Notes: generated from the sequence alone by a model not told the origin. A stretch of 32,000 nucleotides of DNA from Xanthomonas campestris pv. campestris str. ATCC 33913 (GCF_000007145.1 NC_003902.1:4853426-4885425); one strand, 5' to 3'. Shown: positions 9,073 through 18,110, numbered from the stretch's first letter. A program made the numbers and translations.

Positions 9073-9837
9073 ATGTCCGCCTTGCCGTTCCTGATCATCG
9101 AAACCGGCCACCCTGTGTCGGGGATGAAACAGTACGGGCGATTTCCGCATTGGATCCGCGTGGCGGCCGGGCTGGCCGAGCGTGAGACGGTGGTCATCGA
9201 TGTCGCCAACGGCGACCGCCTGCCCGACCGCCGCGGCTTTGCCGGCACCTTGATCAGCGGCTCGGCCGCGTTCGTCACCGATCGCGCCGACTGGAGCGAG
9301 CGCAGCGCCGAGTGGCTGCGCGATGCCGCCCACGCCGGCATGCCCTTGCTAGGCATCTGCTATGGCCACCAGTTGATCGCACACGCGCTTGGCGGGCAGG
9401 TCGACTACAACCCGGCCGGGCGCGAATCCGGCACCATCGCCCTGGAACTGCACCCGCCCGCGCACGAAGACCCCTTGTTCGCCGGGCTTCCGCCGCAGTT
9501 CCCGGCGCATGCCACCCATTTGCAGACCGTGCTGCGTGCGCCCGACGGCGCGGTGGTACTGGCGCGCTCGCCGCAGGATCAGTGCCACGCGTTCCGCTGG
9601 GGCCAGTCCACCTGGGGCGTGCAGTTCCACCCCGAATTCGCCACCCACCATATGCGCGGCTATGTGCGCGCGCGGGCGGACTGCATCGCCCGCCACGGCC
9701 GCTGCGCCCGCACCGTGGCCAGCGAGGTCAGCGCCGCACCGATGGCGCGCAAGCTGCTGCGGCGCTTCGTCCACCACGCACGTGGCTTGCAAACTGTGGC
9801 CGGCCATCCCGCCGCGCACACGCAAAAGCAGCGATAA
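9073..9837 (+). CDS. Class I glutamine amidotransferase (GATase1, GuaA-N-like stand-alone domain)
   Basis: Within ORF 8995..9837, which opens with TTG. ATG 9073 gives MSALPFLIIETGHP... Nucleophile elbow LLGICYGHQLIAHALGG and His/Glu pair in VQFHPEF. Confidence 0.85.
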   Translation: MSALPFLIIETGHPVSGMKQYGRFPHWIRVAAGLAERETVVIDVANGDRLPDRRGFAGTLISGSAAFVTDRADWSERSAEWLRDAAHAGMPLLGICYGHQLIAHALGGQVDYNPAGRESGTIALELHPPAHEDPLFAGLPPQFPAHATHLQTVLRAPDGAVVLARSPQDQCHAFRWGQSTWGVQFHPEFATHHMRGYVRARADCIARHGRCARTVASEVSAAPMARKLLRRFVHHARGLQTVAGHPAAHTQKQR

Positions 9838-9876
9838 TCCCCATTCGCCGGGTGGTCCGGTGCGTATCGATCCGGA

Positions 9877-10782
9877 ATGGGAATGAGCGAAATCCGCAAG
9901 GTGCCGGCATCTGCCGGCGCAGAATGGCTGTTGACCGGGTTCTCCCTGCTGAAGCGGGCGCCGCTGGCGCTGGGCACGCTGGGGGTGATCTGGAGTGTGG
10001 CCGCCACCCTGGTGGTGTCGCTGTCGGTGCTGGTGCCGTTGCTGGGCCCGGCGCTGCAATTCCTGATGGTGCTGGCCGGCCCGTTGTTCATGGGCGGCCT
10101 GCTGTGGGCGGTGCGCGAAGTGGACGAAGGCCGCGTTGCCCGGCCCGGGCACCTGTTGCACGGCCTGCAGGACGGCCGCGCGCCGCATTTGCTGGTCTCG
10201 CTGCTGCCGCAGTTGCTGGCCGGCCTGGTCCTGGGCGTGCTGCTGCTGGTGATGATCGGCCCGAGCGGGCTGCAGCAGCTGTCCGAGGTGATGGTCAAGA
10301 TCAACGAGATCAGCCAGTCCGGCGCGCAACCGGACCCGGTGCAGATCGAGCAACTGGCCGCCAGCTTGCCGGCCGGCCGCATCCTGCTGTGGTTGCTGCT
10401 GATGGTGGCGACCTTCGCCGCGCTGACGCTGGCCCTGTTCGTGATGCCGCCGCAGGTGATGTTCGACCGCAGCACCGGCGGCCATGCGTTGCGCGAAAGC
10501 CTGCGGGCCAGCCTGCACAACCTGCCGGCGATGCTGGTGTTCTTCGTGCTGGCCTTCATCGCCATCTTCGCGATCTATTTCGCGGTGATGATCGTGGCGC
10601 TGATCGTCGGCCTGGTGGCCGGCCAGACCGTGGCGATGTGGCTGGCCCAGCTGCTGCTGATGGCCGTGCTGATGCCGGTCTTCGCCGGCTCGGTATACGC
10701 GGCCTGGAAGCAGATGTTCACCCACGAAGGCGCCGTCGCCCGCCCGCCGCCGCCCTCGCGCCCGGACGTGTTTGCTGCCTGA
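9877..10782 (+). CDS. Conserved multi-pass inner-membrane protein of unknown function
   Basis: ORF 9877..10782 has several long hydrophobic segments (LGTLGVIWSVAATLVVSLSVLVPLLGPALQFLMVLAGPLFMGGLLWAV; MLVFFVLAFIAIFAIYFAVMIVALIVGLVAG) with a soluble insert between them. It is the only one of four overlapping long ORFs with protein-like composition. The start may be ATG 9877 or 9883. Confidence 0.75.
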   Translation: MGMSEIRKVPASAGAEWLLTGFSLLKRAPLALGTLGVIWSVAATLVVSLSVLVPLLGPALQFLMVLAGPLFMGGLLWAVREVDEGRVARPGHLLHGLQDGRAPHLLVSLLPQLLAGLVLGVLLLVMIGPSGLQQLSEVMVKINEISQSGAQPDPVQIEQLAASLPAGRILLWLLLMVATFAALTLALFVMPPQVMFDRSTGGHALRESLRASLHNLPAMLVFFVLAFIAIFAIYFAVMIVALIVGLVAGQTVAMWLAQLLLMAVLMPVFAGSVYAAWKQMFTHEGAVARPPPPSRPDVFAA

Positions 10783-10795
10783 TACCGCAGCAGCC

Positions 10796-10863
10796 GTAGG
10801 AGCGCGCTTGCGCGCGATGAAGCGCTACCGGTAAGGCCTCATCGCGCACAAGTGCGCTCCTAC
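10796..10863. repeat. REP doublet / REPIN, family B copy 1 (GTAGGAGCGCGCTTGCGCGCGAT ... ATCGCGCACAAGTGCGCTCCTAC)
   Basis: Two inverted 23-nt arms with 2 mismatches around a 22-nt loop. The leading GTAG is the hallmark of RAYT-associated REPs. It starts 14 nt after the stop of the membrane-protein gene. Confidence 0.85.
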
Positions 10864-10939
10864 CAGAAGCCATTCTGGCGAGCGCGGAGGCTAGCTTCTC
10901 TCGACGCCGAAGATTCCCGCCAAAGCCCTTCGCGCCCGG

Positions 10940-10951
10940 GTGCGCTCCTAC
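10940..10951. repeat. Solo family B half-site (gtgcgctcctac)
   Basis: Matches only the right arm of the family B element. No partner arm is nearby. Confidence 0.5.
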
Positions 10952-11067
10952 GAAGCCGCATCTGCCAGCGCTCTCTCGTCGCGCGTATGGCCGTTGCTTT
11001 GGGCGGCTATGGCACGCCCTAGAACCAGATCATGCCTTCACGTCTACTTTTGGATGAGCCGAGCCTG

Positions 11068-11135
11068 GTAGGAGCGCGCTTGCGCGCGATGCGGCTCTAC
11101 CGGTAAGGCCTCGTCGCGCACGAGTGCGCTCCTGC
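11068..11135. repeat. REP doublet / REPIN, family B copy 2
   Basis: Direct repeat of 10796..10863 with a few substitutions (gtaggagcgcgcttgcgcgcgatgcggctctaccggtaaggcctcgtcgcgcacgagtgcgctcctgc). It ends 23 nt from the tatC stop. Confidence 0.85.
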
Positions 11136-11158
11136 AAGCAGCCGTCCTGCGGCGCGCT

Positions 11159-11896
11159 CTAGCTTGCCTTCGGCGCCACGGCACGTGAGGCGATGATGCC
11201 AAGTTCGTAGAGCAGGCACATCGGGATGGCGAGCATCAGCTGCGAGACCACGTCCGGGGGGGTGAGCACGGCGGCCAGGACGAAGATGCCGACGATGGCG
11301 TAGCCGCGGCCTTCGCTCAGTTGCTTGGGGCTGACCCAGCCCATCAACACCAGGATCACCAGCGCCACCGGCAACTCGAAACTCGCGCCGAAGGCGAAGA
11401 AGATCGCCAGCACGAAGTCCAGGTAGGAATTGGCGTCCGGCGTAATGGCGATGACGTCCGGCTTGAAGGTCGTCAGGAAGTGGAACACCGCCGGCAGCAC
11501 CAGGAAGTACGCAAACGCACAGCCGATGTAGAACAGCGCCACCGCCGAGGCCAGCAACGGGAAGGCCAGCTTCTTTTCGCGCTGGTACAGGCCCGGCGCC
11601 ACGAACGCCCAGGCCTGGTACAACAGCCACGGCACGCTGAAGAACACCGCCACGAAAAAGGTCAGCTTGAGCGGGGCGAAGAACGCGCCGGCCGGGTTCA
11701 TCGCGATCATCGTCTGCCCCAGCGGCAGCTGCGAGATCAGCGGGGCGGCGAGCCACGAGTAAATGGTGCGCGAGAACGGCAGCAACGCGATCAGCACCAC
11801 ACCCAGACCGATCAGCGCGCGGACCAGCCGGCTGCGCAATTCGACCAGATGCTCGATCAGACTGCTTTCGGCCTGTGCGTCGTCGAACAGGCTCAC
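11159..11896 (-). CDS. tatC: Twin-arginine translocase subunit TatC
   Basis: ORF 11159..11896, 245 aa, six predicted TM segments, typical TatC sequence (IEHLVELRSRLVRALIG..., FFAFGASFELPV). The GTG start overlaps the tatB stop (GTGA at 11893..11896). Confidence 0.95.
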   Translation of the reverse strand: MSLFDDAQAESSLIEHLVELRSRLVRALIGLGVVLIALLPFSRTIYSWLAAPLISQLPLGQTMIAMNPAGAFFAPLKLTFFVAVFFSVPWLLYQAWAFVAPGLYQREKKLAFPLLASAVALFYIGCAFAYFLVLPAVFHFLTTFKPDVIAITPDANSYLDFVLAIFFAFGASFELPVALVILVLMGWVSPKQLSEGRGYAIVGIFVLAAVLTPPDVVSQLMLAIPMCLLYELGIIASRAVAPKAS

Positions 11897-12480
11897 GGCG
11901 TCTTCTCCTGGGGACTGGTGCTGCTGGCGGTCGCCGACGCGGTGGGAGCATGCGTCGTGACTTGGGTGGAGGTCAGGCTGCCGTGCGGTGCCGGCACCAA
12001 GGTCTGCTTGGGCGCTGGCGCCATCGGTTGTGCCTGGGCGACCACCGGCGCAGGCGCTGGAACAGGGGTGTGCGGCTGCGCGCTGCCCGGCTCCAGCACC
12101 ACCGGTGCATCGGCCTGAAGCTCGAGCGGTGCGGCAAGCGGCGTGGCGCTGGTGCGGATGTCGATATCGCGGCCGACCTCATCGTGGAGTTCGCGTGCCT
12201 GGTCATGCAGGCCGCGGGCGCCGTCTTCGACCTGTTGCTGCGTATTGCGCAGCTGGCCTTCGGCTTCGCGCAGCGAGGCCTGCACATCCTGCAGGCTGCG
12301 CTTGAGCTCTTCGGCTTCGAGCTCGCGTTCGAGTTCCTGCTTGACCGAATCCCACTGCATGCGCGCGCGGCGCACCCACAACCCGGCAAATCGCGCGGCC
12401 TTGGGCAGGCGCTCGGGACCGAGCACCACCAGGGCAACCACCGCGATCAGCGCCAGCTCGCTAAACCCAATATCGAACAC
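11893..12480 (-). CDS. tatB: Twin-arginine translocase subunit TatB
   Basis: N-terminus (GTG start) FDIGFSELALIAVVALVVLGPERLP is near-identical to the E. coli TatB N-terminus. An amphipathic helix follows, then a Pro/Ala-rich tail. Confidence 0.93.
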   Translation of the reverse strand: MFDIGFSELALIAVVALVVLGPERLPKAARFAGLWVRRARMQWDSVKQELERELEAEELKRSLQDVQASLREAEGQLRNTQQQVEDGARGLHDQARELHDEVGRDIDIRTSATPLAAPLELQADAPVVLEPGSAQPHTPVPAPAPVVAQAQPMAPAPKQTLVPAPHGSLTSTQVTTHAPTASATASSTSPQEKTP

Positions 12481-12495
12481 GGACGCTGTTCCGGA

Positions 12496-12723
12496 TCAGC
12501 GCGCGTCGCGGTCGCGCTCGGCCTGCGCCTCGCGGGCCTGCTCGGCGCTACGCGAGTCGTCGCCGAGCTTGCCAGCCGGCTTGTCGTCGTCGTGCATGCC
12601 CTTCTTGAATTCCTTGACTGCGCTGCCGAGATCCTTGGCACCACTGGTGAGCCGCTTGGTGCCAAACACCAGCAGCACGATCACCAGCACGATCAGCCAG
12701 TGCCAAATGCTGAAACTGCCCAT
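12496..12723 (-). CDS. tatA: Twin-arginine translocase subunit TatA
   Basis: Within ORF 12496..12768. ATG 12723..12721 gives [33 protein letters not shown], 75 aa, a classic TatA/E N-terminus. Confidence 0.93.
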
Positions 12724-12795
12724 GATCCGCTCGCTCGCTTGAAGAATAGGAGACTCAGGATACCCCACCGCACCGCGCAGGGGGATGACAGCCGG

Positions 12796-13692
12796 TCAGC
12801 GGTTGCCGTCTAGTGATTCGGTGCGGATTTCACCATCGGAGACCGGCTGAAAGCCTTGCTGCTGTGGCGGCGTGGCCGAAGGCTGGATCGGCATGGTGCT
12901 GGCCTCGTTGCTCGGCGGCGGTGGCGTCGCCGGGGCCTGCGCGGGTGACTGGCTGACCGGGCGCGGCGCGGGCGGCGGCGTGTCGCCATCGCTGCTGCGG
13001 TTGGTGCGCGCGGTGTAGGTGACCTCTTCCAGACGGTCGCGGAAGGCGATCACGTCGGTGGACGGGCGCTCGTTGGTGCGGCCTTCGAAGATCATGCGCG
13101 GGGTGGCGCCGCCGCCGTAGGCGTTGAGGTCGGCGGCATCGTCGATCTGCAGCACCGCACCGTCCAGCGCCACGCCGGCAAACAGGCCGCGCGCGCGCGA
13201 CCAGGACCAGATTTCGGCCTTGAGCTGGCCGTCGGTGGCGGCAGCGGCGTTGCGGCCCACCGGGCCTGCGGCCACGCCGGCATCGGCGCCCAGGGTGAAC
13301 TTGCCGTTGACGATGTTGTCCAGGCTGCGGTCGTTGCGGAACACCAGCACCACATCGGAAGACTGCACGCCGGCCTGGAAGCCGATGCTGCCGCCGGTGA
13401 GCTTGACGAACACCGGTTGCGACCAGCTGCCGTCAGCGTTCTTCATCGACATCAGGCCGTGGCCGCGACGGCCGCCAATCACCAGGCCGGCCTTGAGCGT
13501 GTCGGGGATGACCACGATCGCGCGTGCCTCATCGAGCAGCTTGTCGGGGATGGCCTGCTCGGGGATGTTCATGATCTCGTTGAGCACCCGCACCGCATTA
13601 CGCGCGCGCTGGTCCTCTTCCGGGCCCGCCACGGCATGGCCGGCGGCGAAGGTCAGCGACAACAACAGGGCCAGGCGCGACAAACGGGGCAT
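12796..13692 (-). CDS. Secreted SYLF / Ysc84-like (DUF500) domain protein with Pro/Gln-rich C-terminal tail
   Basis: Within ORF 12796..13719, which opens with TTG. ATG 13692..13690 is preceded by GGAG and gives a signal peptide MPRLSRLALLLSLTFAAGHAVA. The core (AIVVIPDTLKAGLVIGGRRGHGLM...GGSIGFQAGVQSSDVVLVF...GADAGVAAGPVGR) matches my recollection of the Ysc84/SYLF fold. Confidence 0.8.
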   Translation of the reverse strand: MPRLSRLALLLSLTFAAGHAVAGPEEDQRARNAVRVLNEIMNIPEQAIPDKLLDEARAIVVIPDTLKAGLVIGGRRGHGLMSMKNADGSWSQPVFVKLTGGSIGFQAGVQSSDVVLVFRNDRSLDNIVNGKFTLGADAGVAAGPVGRNAAAATDGQLKAEIWSWSRARGLFAGVALDGAVLQIDDAADLNAYGGGATPRMIFEGRTNERPSTDVIAFRDRLEEVTYTARTNRSSDGDTPPPAPRPVSQSPAQAPATPPPPSNEASTMPIQPSATPPQQQGFQPVSDGEIRTESLDGNR

Positions 13693-13855
13693 GACAAGCT
13701 CCAAAGGGCAATCCGTCAAAGATAAATCAATGGCGCGACGTTAGTCGCGGGGCAATGAATCGGTGGTGAGCGCAACCGGGGCGCAGACGGGCCCGATCGC
13801 AGTGATCGGATCGGTGCATTCGGCAGGCTCGCCAAGCTCTGCCAGAATGGTCGCC

Positions 13856-14812
13856 ATGAACACCACTTCCGACACCGCCCTGCTGGTGGTCAACCTCGGC
13901 ACCCCCGAGTCGCCCACTGTCCCGGCCGTGCGCCGCTACCTGGCCGAGTTTCTCAGCGACCGCCGCGTGGTCGCCATCCCGCCGCTGTTCTGGAAGCCGC
14001 TGCTGTATGGCGTGATCCTGCCCATCCGCGGCCCCAAGTCGGCAGAAAAATACGCCAAGGTGTGGCTGCCGGACGGCTCGCCGCTGGCGGTGTACACGCG
14101 GCGTCTGACCGAAGGCCTGCAGCAGGTCATGCCCGACTGGCACGTCACCTGGGCCATGCGCTACGGCGCGCCGGCCCTGCGCAAGGCGCTGGACGGCCTG
14201 CGTGCGCGCGGCATCAAGCGCATCGTGGTGCTGCCGCTGTATCCGCAGTATTCGACCACCACCACCGCCTCGATCCAGGACGTGGTCGATGCCTGGCGCC
14301 CGAGCGCGCCAGAGATCGCGGTGGAGGTGATCCAGGACTATTGCGAAGACGCCGGCTGGGTGGCGGCGATCGCCGATTCCATCCGCACGCACTGGCAGGT
14401 GCATGGGCGCAGCGAGAAGCTGATGTTCTCCTTCCACGGCCTGCCGCAGCGTGTGGCCAACGCCGGCGACCCGTATCCGCAGCAGTGCGAACGCAGCGCG
14501 CAGGCGATCGTCACCGCGCTGGGCCTGGGCCCGGATGCGTGGCAGATGGGCTACCAGTCGCGCTTCGGTGCAGAACGCTGGTTGCAGCCGTATGCCGAAC
14601 CCACGCTGTGGGCACTGGCCGAGGGCGGCGTGCGCAGCTTCGACCTGGTGTGCCCGGGCTTTGCCACCGACTGCCTGGAAACTTTGGAAGAAGTGGCGCT
14701 GGGCTTTGCCGAAACGCTGGCCGAACGCGGCGCCACGCTGAGCTACATCCCCTGCCTCAACGACAGCACCACGCATGCGCAGGCGTTGGCCGCAGTGGCC
14801 CGCCGCGCGTGA
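13856..14812 (+). CDS. hemH: Ferrochelatase
   Basis: Within ORF 13763..14812. [32 protein letters not shown] parallels the E. coli HemH N-terminus, and the protein is colinear over about 318 aa. An alternative ATG lies at 13847. Confidence 0.93.
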
Positions 14813-15681
14813 GGTTGCAGCCGTTTCACTGCGACCTGCCGATTGGCCGCATCACCGGGCTGCGCACTGCCGAGCGCGGGCCACGCCGGGTGCTGGCGCT
14901 GCATGGCTGGCTGGACAACGCAGCCAGCTTCCTGCCGCTGAGCGCACACCTGCCGGCCGATGCGCTGGATCTGGTGTTGCTCGACCTGCCCGGCCACGGC
15001 CATAGCGCGTGGCTGCCGGTGGGCGCCGAATACACGCTCAGCAGCGCCATCCACAATTTGCTGCTGGTAGCAGACGCGCTGGGCTGGGAACGCTTCACCG
15101 TGCTGGGCCACTCGCTCGGCGGCGGTGTGGCCAGCCTGATGGCCGCGGCCGCGCCAGAACGGGTCGAGGCCTTGATCGCGATCGAGGCGCTGGGCGCGCT
15201 GGCCGAGCCGGTGGAGAGCACCGCAAGCCGTCTGCGCGAGGCTGTCAGCTCCACGCGCACGCTGGCGCAGCGGCCGCTGCGGGTGTTCCCGTCGATGGAG
15301 ATGCCGGTGCGCGCGCGCATGATGGCCAACCAGCTCACCGAGCCGGCGGCCCGCCTGCTGGTGGAGCGCGGCGTGCGCGTGGTGGAAGGGGGCTACAGCT
15401 GGTGCTCGGACCCGCGGCTCACCCTGCCCACCGCCATCCGCATGACCGAAGTGCAGATCGATGCGCTGTTGAGCAGTATTGTTTGCCCCACCCAGGCCAT
15501 TTTCGCCACGCCGGCGCAGCCGTATTTTCCCGACGACCTGCGCGACCATCGTGTGGCGATGGTGGCCGATGCGCGCCTGCATCTGCTGCCCGGCACGCAC
15601 CATGTGCACATGGAGGCACCCGAAGCGGTGGCTGCGGTGATCAATGCGTTCCTGGCCGGGCTGCCGCCGCCGCGCGTGTAA
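14809..15681 (+). CDS. Alpha/beta-fold hydrolase
   Basis: This is the 3' part of ORF 14062..15681; the 5' part overlaps hemH out of frame and is not credible. GTG 14809 overlaps the hemH stop (GTGA) and gives [19 protein letters not shown]... [10 protein letters not shown] oxyanion region, nucleophile elbow GHSLGG, C-terminal GTHHVH. Confidence 0.85.
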
Positions 15682-16072
15682 GAACACACGCTCCGCTGAC
15701 AACGGCAATCGGCAAACGCGTGCACTGAAAAACGCACCGTCTGTAGTCGTTTGCACGGCGGATCACTGCACATACCATCGAGGTCCCGCGCTGGAGACGC
15801 ACCTACACGTTGTCACCGCGATCGAAGCGTTCCAGGCGTGGCACACGCCGTGGACATTCTTCGACAGCGTATGCGCAGCACTGCAAGCGCAGGAACGCCC
15901 TCTTCTGCAGCAGGTCTGGGCTGCAGCCTGCGACCCGCCGCAGTGGCGCGGCAACGCGCCGCTTGCTGTGATGATTGATGCCGTGCAGACCGCATTGGCC
16001 ACCCGTTATCCGTGGCTGTCGTCGCGTGCGTGTGGGCAGCTGGCGCGCGCAGCGGCGTATGCGTGGCGGTAG
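15644..16072 (+). CDS. Hypothetical small protein (start uncertain; the credible part is roughly the last 90 codons)
   Basis: The C-terminal part of the ORF is helix-like and Trp-rich (AIEAFQAWHTPWTFFDSVCAALQAQERPLLQQVWAAACDPPQWRG...). The only ATG (15644) overlaps the hydrolase by 38 nt and adds an Arg-rich, junk-like N-terminus. There is no in-frame GTG or TTG. CTG 15791 has GAGG 7 nt upstream. Third-position G+C looks lower than in neighbouring genes. Confidence 0.35.
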   Translation: MRSWPGCRRRACKNTRSADNGNRQTRALKNAPSVVVCTADHCTYHRGPALETHLHVVTAIEAFQAWHTPWTFFDSVCAALQAQERPLLQQVWAAACDPPQWRGNAPLAVMIDAVQTALATRYPWLSSRACGQLARAAAYAWR

Positions 16073-16308
16073 CGAGATGCACGTGGCACCGCACGCACTG
16101 CCGTGAGGTCTACGCTGTCCAGCCCGACCCTGCCCGTTCTTTCAGCACTGTCAGGCGTCGGCGAATCAAGACGGCTGGACAGATGGGAGAGCTCGGTGCG
16201 GCGTCAGCGCACCACGCGTCCCTTCTCTGGCGCCAGTGACGTTGCGTTCGCCAAGAGTTGCCCAGCACGCGCGCACTTAGCACCGCACGCACGCTTACGC
16301 GCCGCCGA

Positions 16309-17094
16309 TCACTCCGCCTGCAGCAACCGCCGCAATTGCGCCTTGAGCTGGCGGCCGTGTTCGTGGAAATAGCTGCGCTCGTCGCGCCAGGCGGGAAAGC
16401 GCTGTTCCACCTCGGCCCAGAACGCCGGCGAATGGTTGGCCTGCACCAGATGGCAGAGCTCGTGCACCAGCACGTATTCGAACGCCGACGGGCGGCCGAG
16501 CACCAGCGCCAGGTCCAGCGCCAGCGAGCCGTCCGGTGCCAGCGAGCCCCACTGCGAAGACATCACCTTCAACCGCAGACGGGCGGGCGCGCGCGGCAAT
16601 CCCGGCAGGTAGGTGGGCAGCCAGCGGCCGATATCGGCGCGCGCCTGGGCTTCGTAGAATTCCTTCAAGGTGCGCCGCAGCCCGGCCTCCCCGAGGCGCG
16701 CCGGGACGTGGAACTGGGCGCCGTCATCGGTGATGTCGATGCGGGCATAGCGCCCGTCGTGCCAGCTCAACGGCAGCAACGCGCCGCGCAACGGCAGCAG
16801 GCCGGGCACGCCACGCTCCAGCGGCGGTAGCGCATCCACCTGCTGGTAGCGCGACAGCTGCGTGCTCAGCCAGTCCAGATGCGCGTACAAAAAACGCTCG
16901 CCGGCCACCAGGCTTGCACGCAGCGGCAGGGTCAGCCGCGCGCCGCGCTCATCCACGCTGAGCTTGATGCGCCGCGCGCGCGGGTCGCGCACGCGCAGCA
17001 CGACGATTTCGCGCCCTTCCAGCTGCAGGCGCACGCAGTCGCGTTCGACGACCTGCGGTGCGGGTGCGATGAGGCGGCGGACAGGCTTGAACAT
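16309..17094 (-). CDS. YgjP-like / M48-family zinc metallohydrolase (DUF45)
   Basis: ORF 16309..17100, which opens with GTG; ATG is at 17094. HExxH motif in FEYVLVHELCHLVQANHSPAFW near the C-terminus and a size of about 260 aa are typical of the family. Confidence 0.85.
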   Translation of the reverse strand: MFKPVRRLIAPAPQVVERDCVRLQLEGREIVVLRVRDPRARRIKLSVDERGARLTLPLRASLVAGERFLYAHLDWLSTQLSRYQQVDALPPLERGVPGLLPLRGALLPLSWHDGRYARIDITDDGAQFHVPARLGEAGLRRTLKEFYEAQARADIGRWLPTYLPGLPRAPARLRLKVMSSQWGSLAPDGSLALDLALVLGRPSAFEYVLVHELCHLVQANHSPAFWAEVEQRFPAWRDERSYFHEHGRQLKAQLRRLLQAE

Positions 17095-17136
17095 GGCCAC
17101 AGGATAGCGCTGCGATGTGTCAGCCGGTGAGACCGA

Positions 17137-18045
17137 TCAGGCCTCGGCCTTGCTCAGCTTCAAGGCGTCTTCCAGCAACAGGAACAGGCGTCGCACTTCG
17201 GCGCTCATCAGCGCAAAGCGCGCGTCGAGTTCGGCACGTGCGCCGTCGCCTTCGCTGTGCTCGAGCTGGTCCAGTGCGCCATCGAGGAACTTGAGCTTGC
17301 GGATCACCAGATCGTCGCCGAGCACGAAGGACAGGTTGTCGTCCATCACCAGCGCCAGCTTGGTGACCTGCTTGCCCGCTTCCAGGTGCTTGTCGATCTC
17401 GTCGCCGCGTAATTCCTGGTGCTGGCACTTGACCACCGCACCGCCTTCGATCGGGTCCTTCATCTCGCACTCTTCGCCCAGGCTCAGGCCTTCGGGCAAC
17501 GGCTCGCCGGCGATCCAGCCGGTGAGGATGGCGCGCGGGGCGACTTCGGCATTCAACGGCAGCGCCGGGAAGCTGCCGAGTGCGCCGCGGATCTCGCTCA
17601 TCACGTTCTCGCCGCTCTTGCGGCTGGAGGTGTTGACCGCGATGTAGCCGTGCTGCAGATCCAGGATGGCATCGGTACGCGAGCTCTTGACAAAGGCGCG
17701 CGGCAGCAGCTCATGGATCAGATCGTCCTTGAGACGTTTGCGCGCCTTGCCTCCGGGGCGACGGCCTTCCTTCTCTTCGATCTCGGCGACCTTGCGCTCG
17801 AGCAGGTCGTTGACCACCGCGCCGGGCAGGATCTTGTCTTCGCCACCGACGGTGAGCCACAGGAAATCTTCCAGACGGTGCGAGAGCACGTCCTGCTCAT
17901 CGCGGCCGAACGGGGAAATGAAACCGCGCGAGCTCATTTCCAGCGGGCCAACCGGCTTGAGCTGCACCTGCGGCAGCAGCGTTTCGATTTCGGAAAAATC
18001 CAGGGTGGTCGGAAAGCGGAACAGCGTGAGATTGCGAAAGAACAT
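17137..18045 (-). CDS. rdgC: Recombination-associated protein RdgC
   Basis: ORF 17137..18045, 302 aa. The N-terminus MFFRNLTLFRF parallels E. coli RdgC (MLWFKNLMVYRL), and length and layout fit RdgC. Confidence 0.92.
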   Translation of the reverse strand: MFFRNLTLFRFPTTLDFSEIETLLPQVQLKPVGPLEMSSRGFISPFGRDEQDVLSHRLEDFLWLTVGGEDKILPGAVVNDLLERKVAEIEEKEGRRPGGKARKRLKDDLIHELLPRAFVKSSRTDAILDLQHGYIAVNTSSRKSGENVMSEIRGALGSFPALPLNAEVAPRAILTGWIAGEPLPEGLSLGEECEMKDPIEGGAVVKCQHQELRGDEIDKHLEAGKQVTKLALVMDDNLSFVLGDDLVIRKLKFLDGALDQLEHSEGDGARAELDARFALMSAEVRRLFLLLEDALKLSKAEA

Positions 18046-18110
18046 GCGAAAGACCGAAGAGGAGGAAAGAAGGTGGCGCGGGAGTGAGGTGGTCGGTAAC
18101 GGCGTCTGCG

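Noticed and set aside
8995-10782. The idea that the ATPase, amidotransferase and membrane protein form one novel module
   Set aside because: The ATPase is separated from the amidotransferase by 560 bp of repeat-rich non-coding DNA with its own promoter-like signal. I see no domain logic connecting the three. It could be tested only by conserved-synteny analysis, which I cannot run here.
14062-14808. N-terminal 249 codons of ORF 14062..15681, which would make a 539-aa protein overlapping hemH
   Set aside because: This part is out of frame within hemH, Arg/Ala/Gly-rich and without motifs. The hydrolase fold starts right after the GTG at 14809.
16844-16857. xyl-box-like sequence TGGTAGCGCGACAG (11 of 14 matches)
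   Set aside because: It lies inside the YgjP-like coding sequence, its right half-site is poor, and it is far from any sugar-utilisation promoter. It is most likely a chance match.
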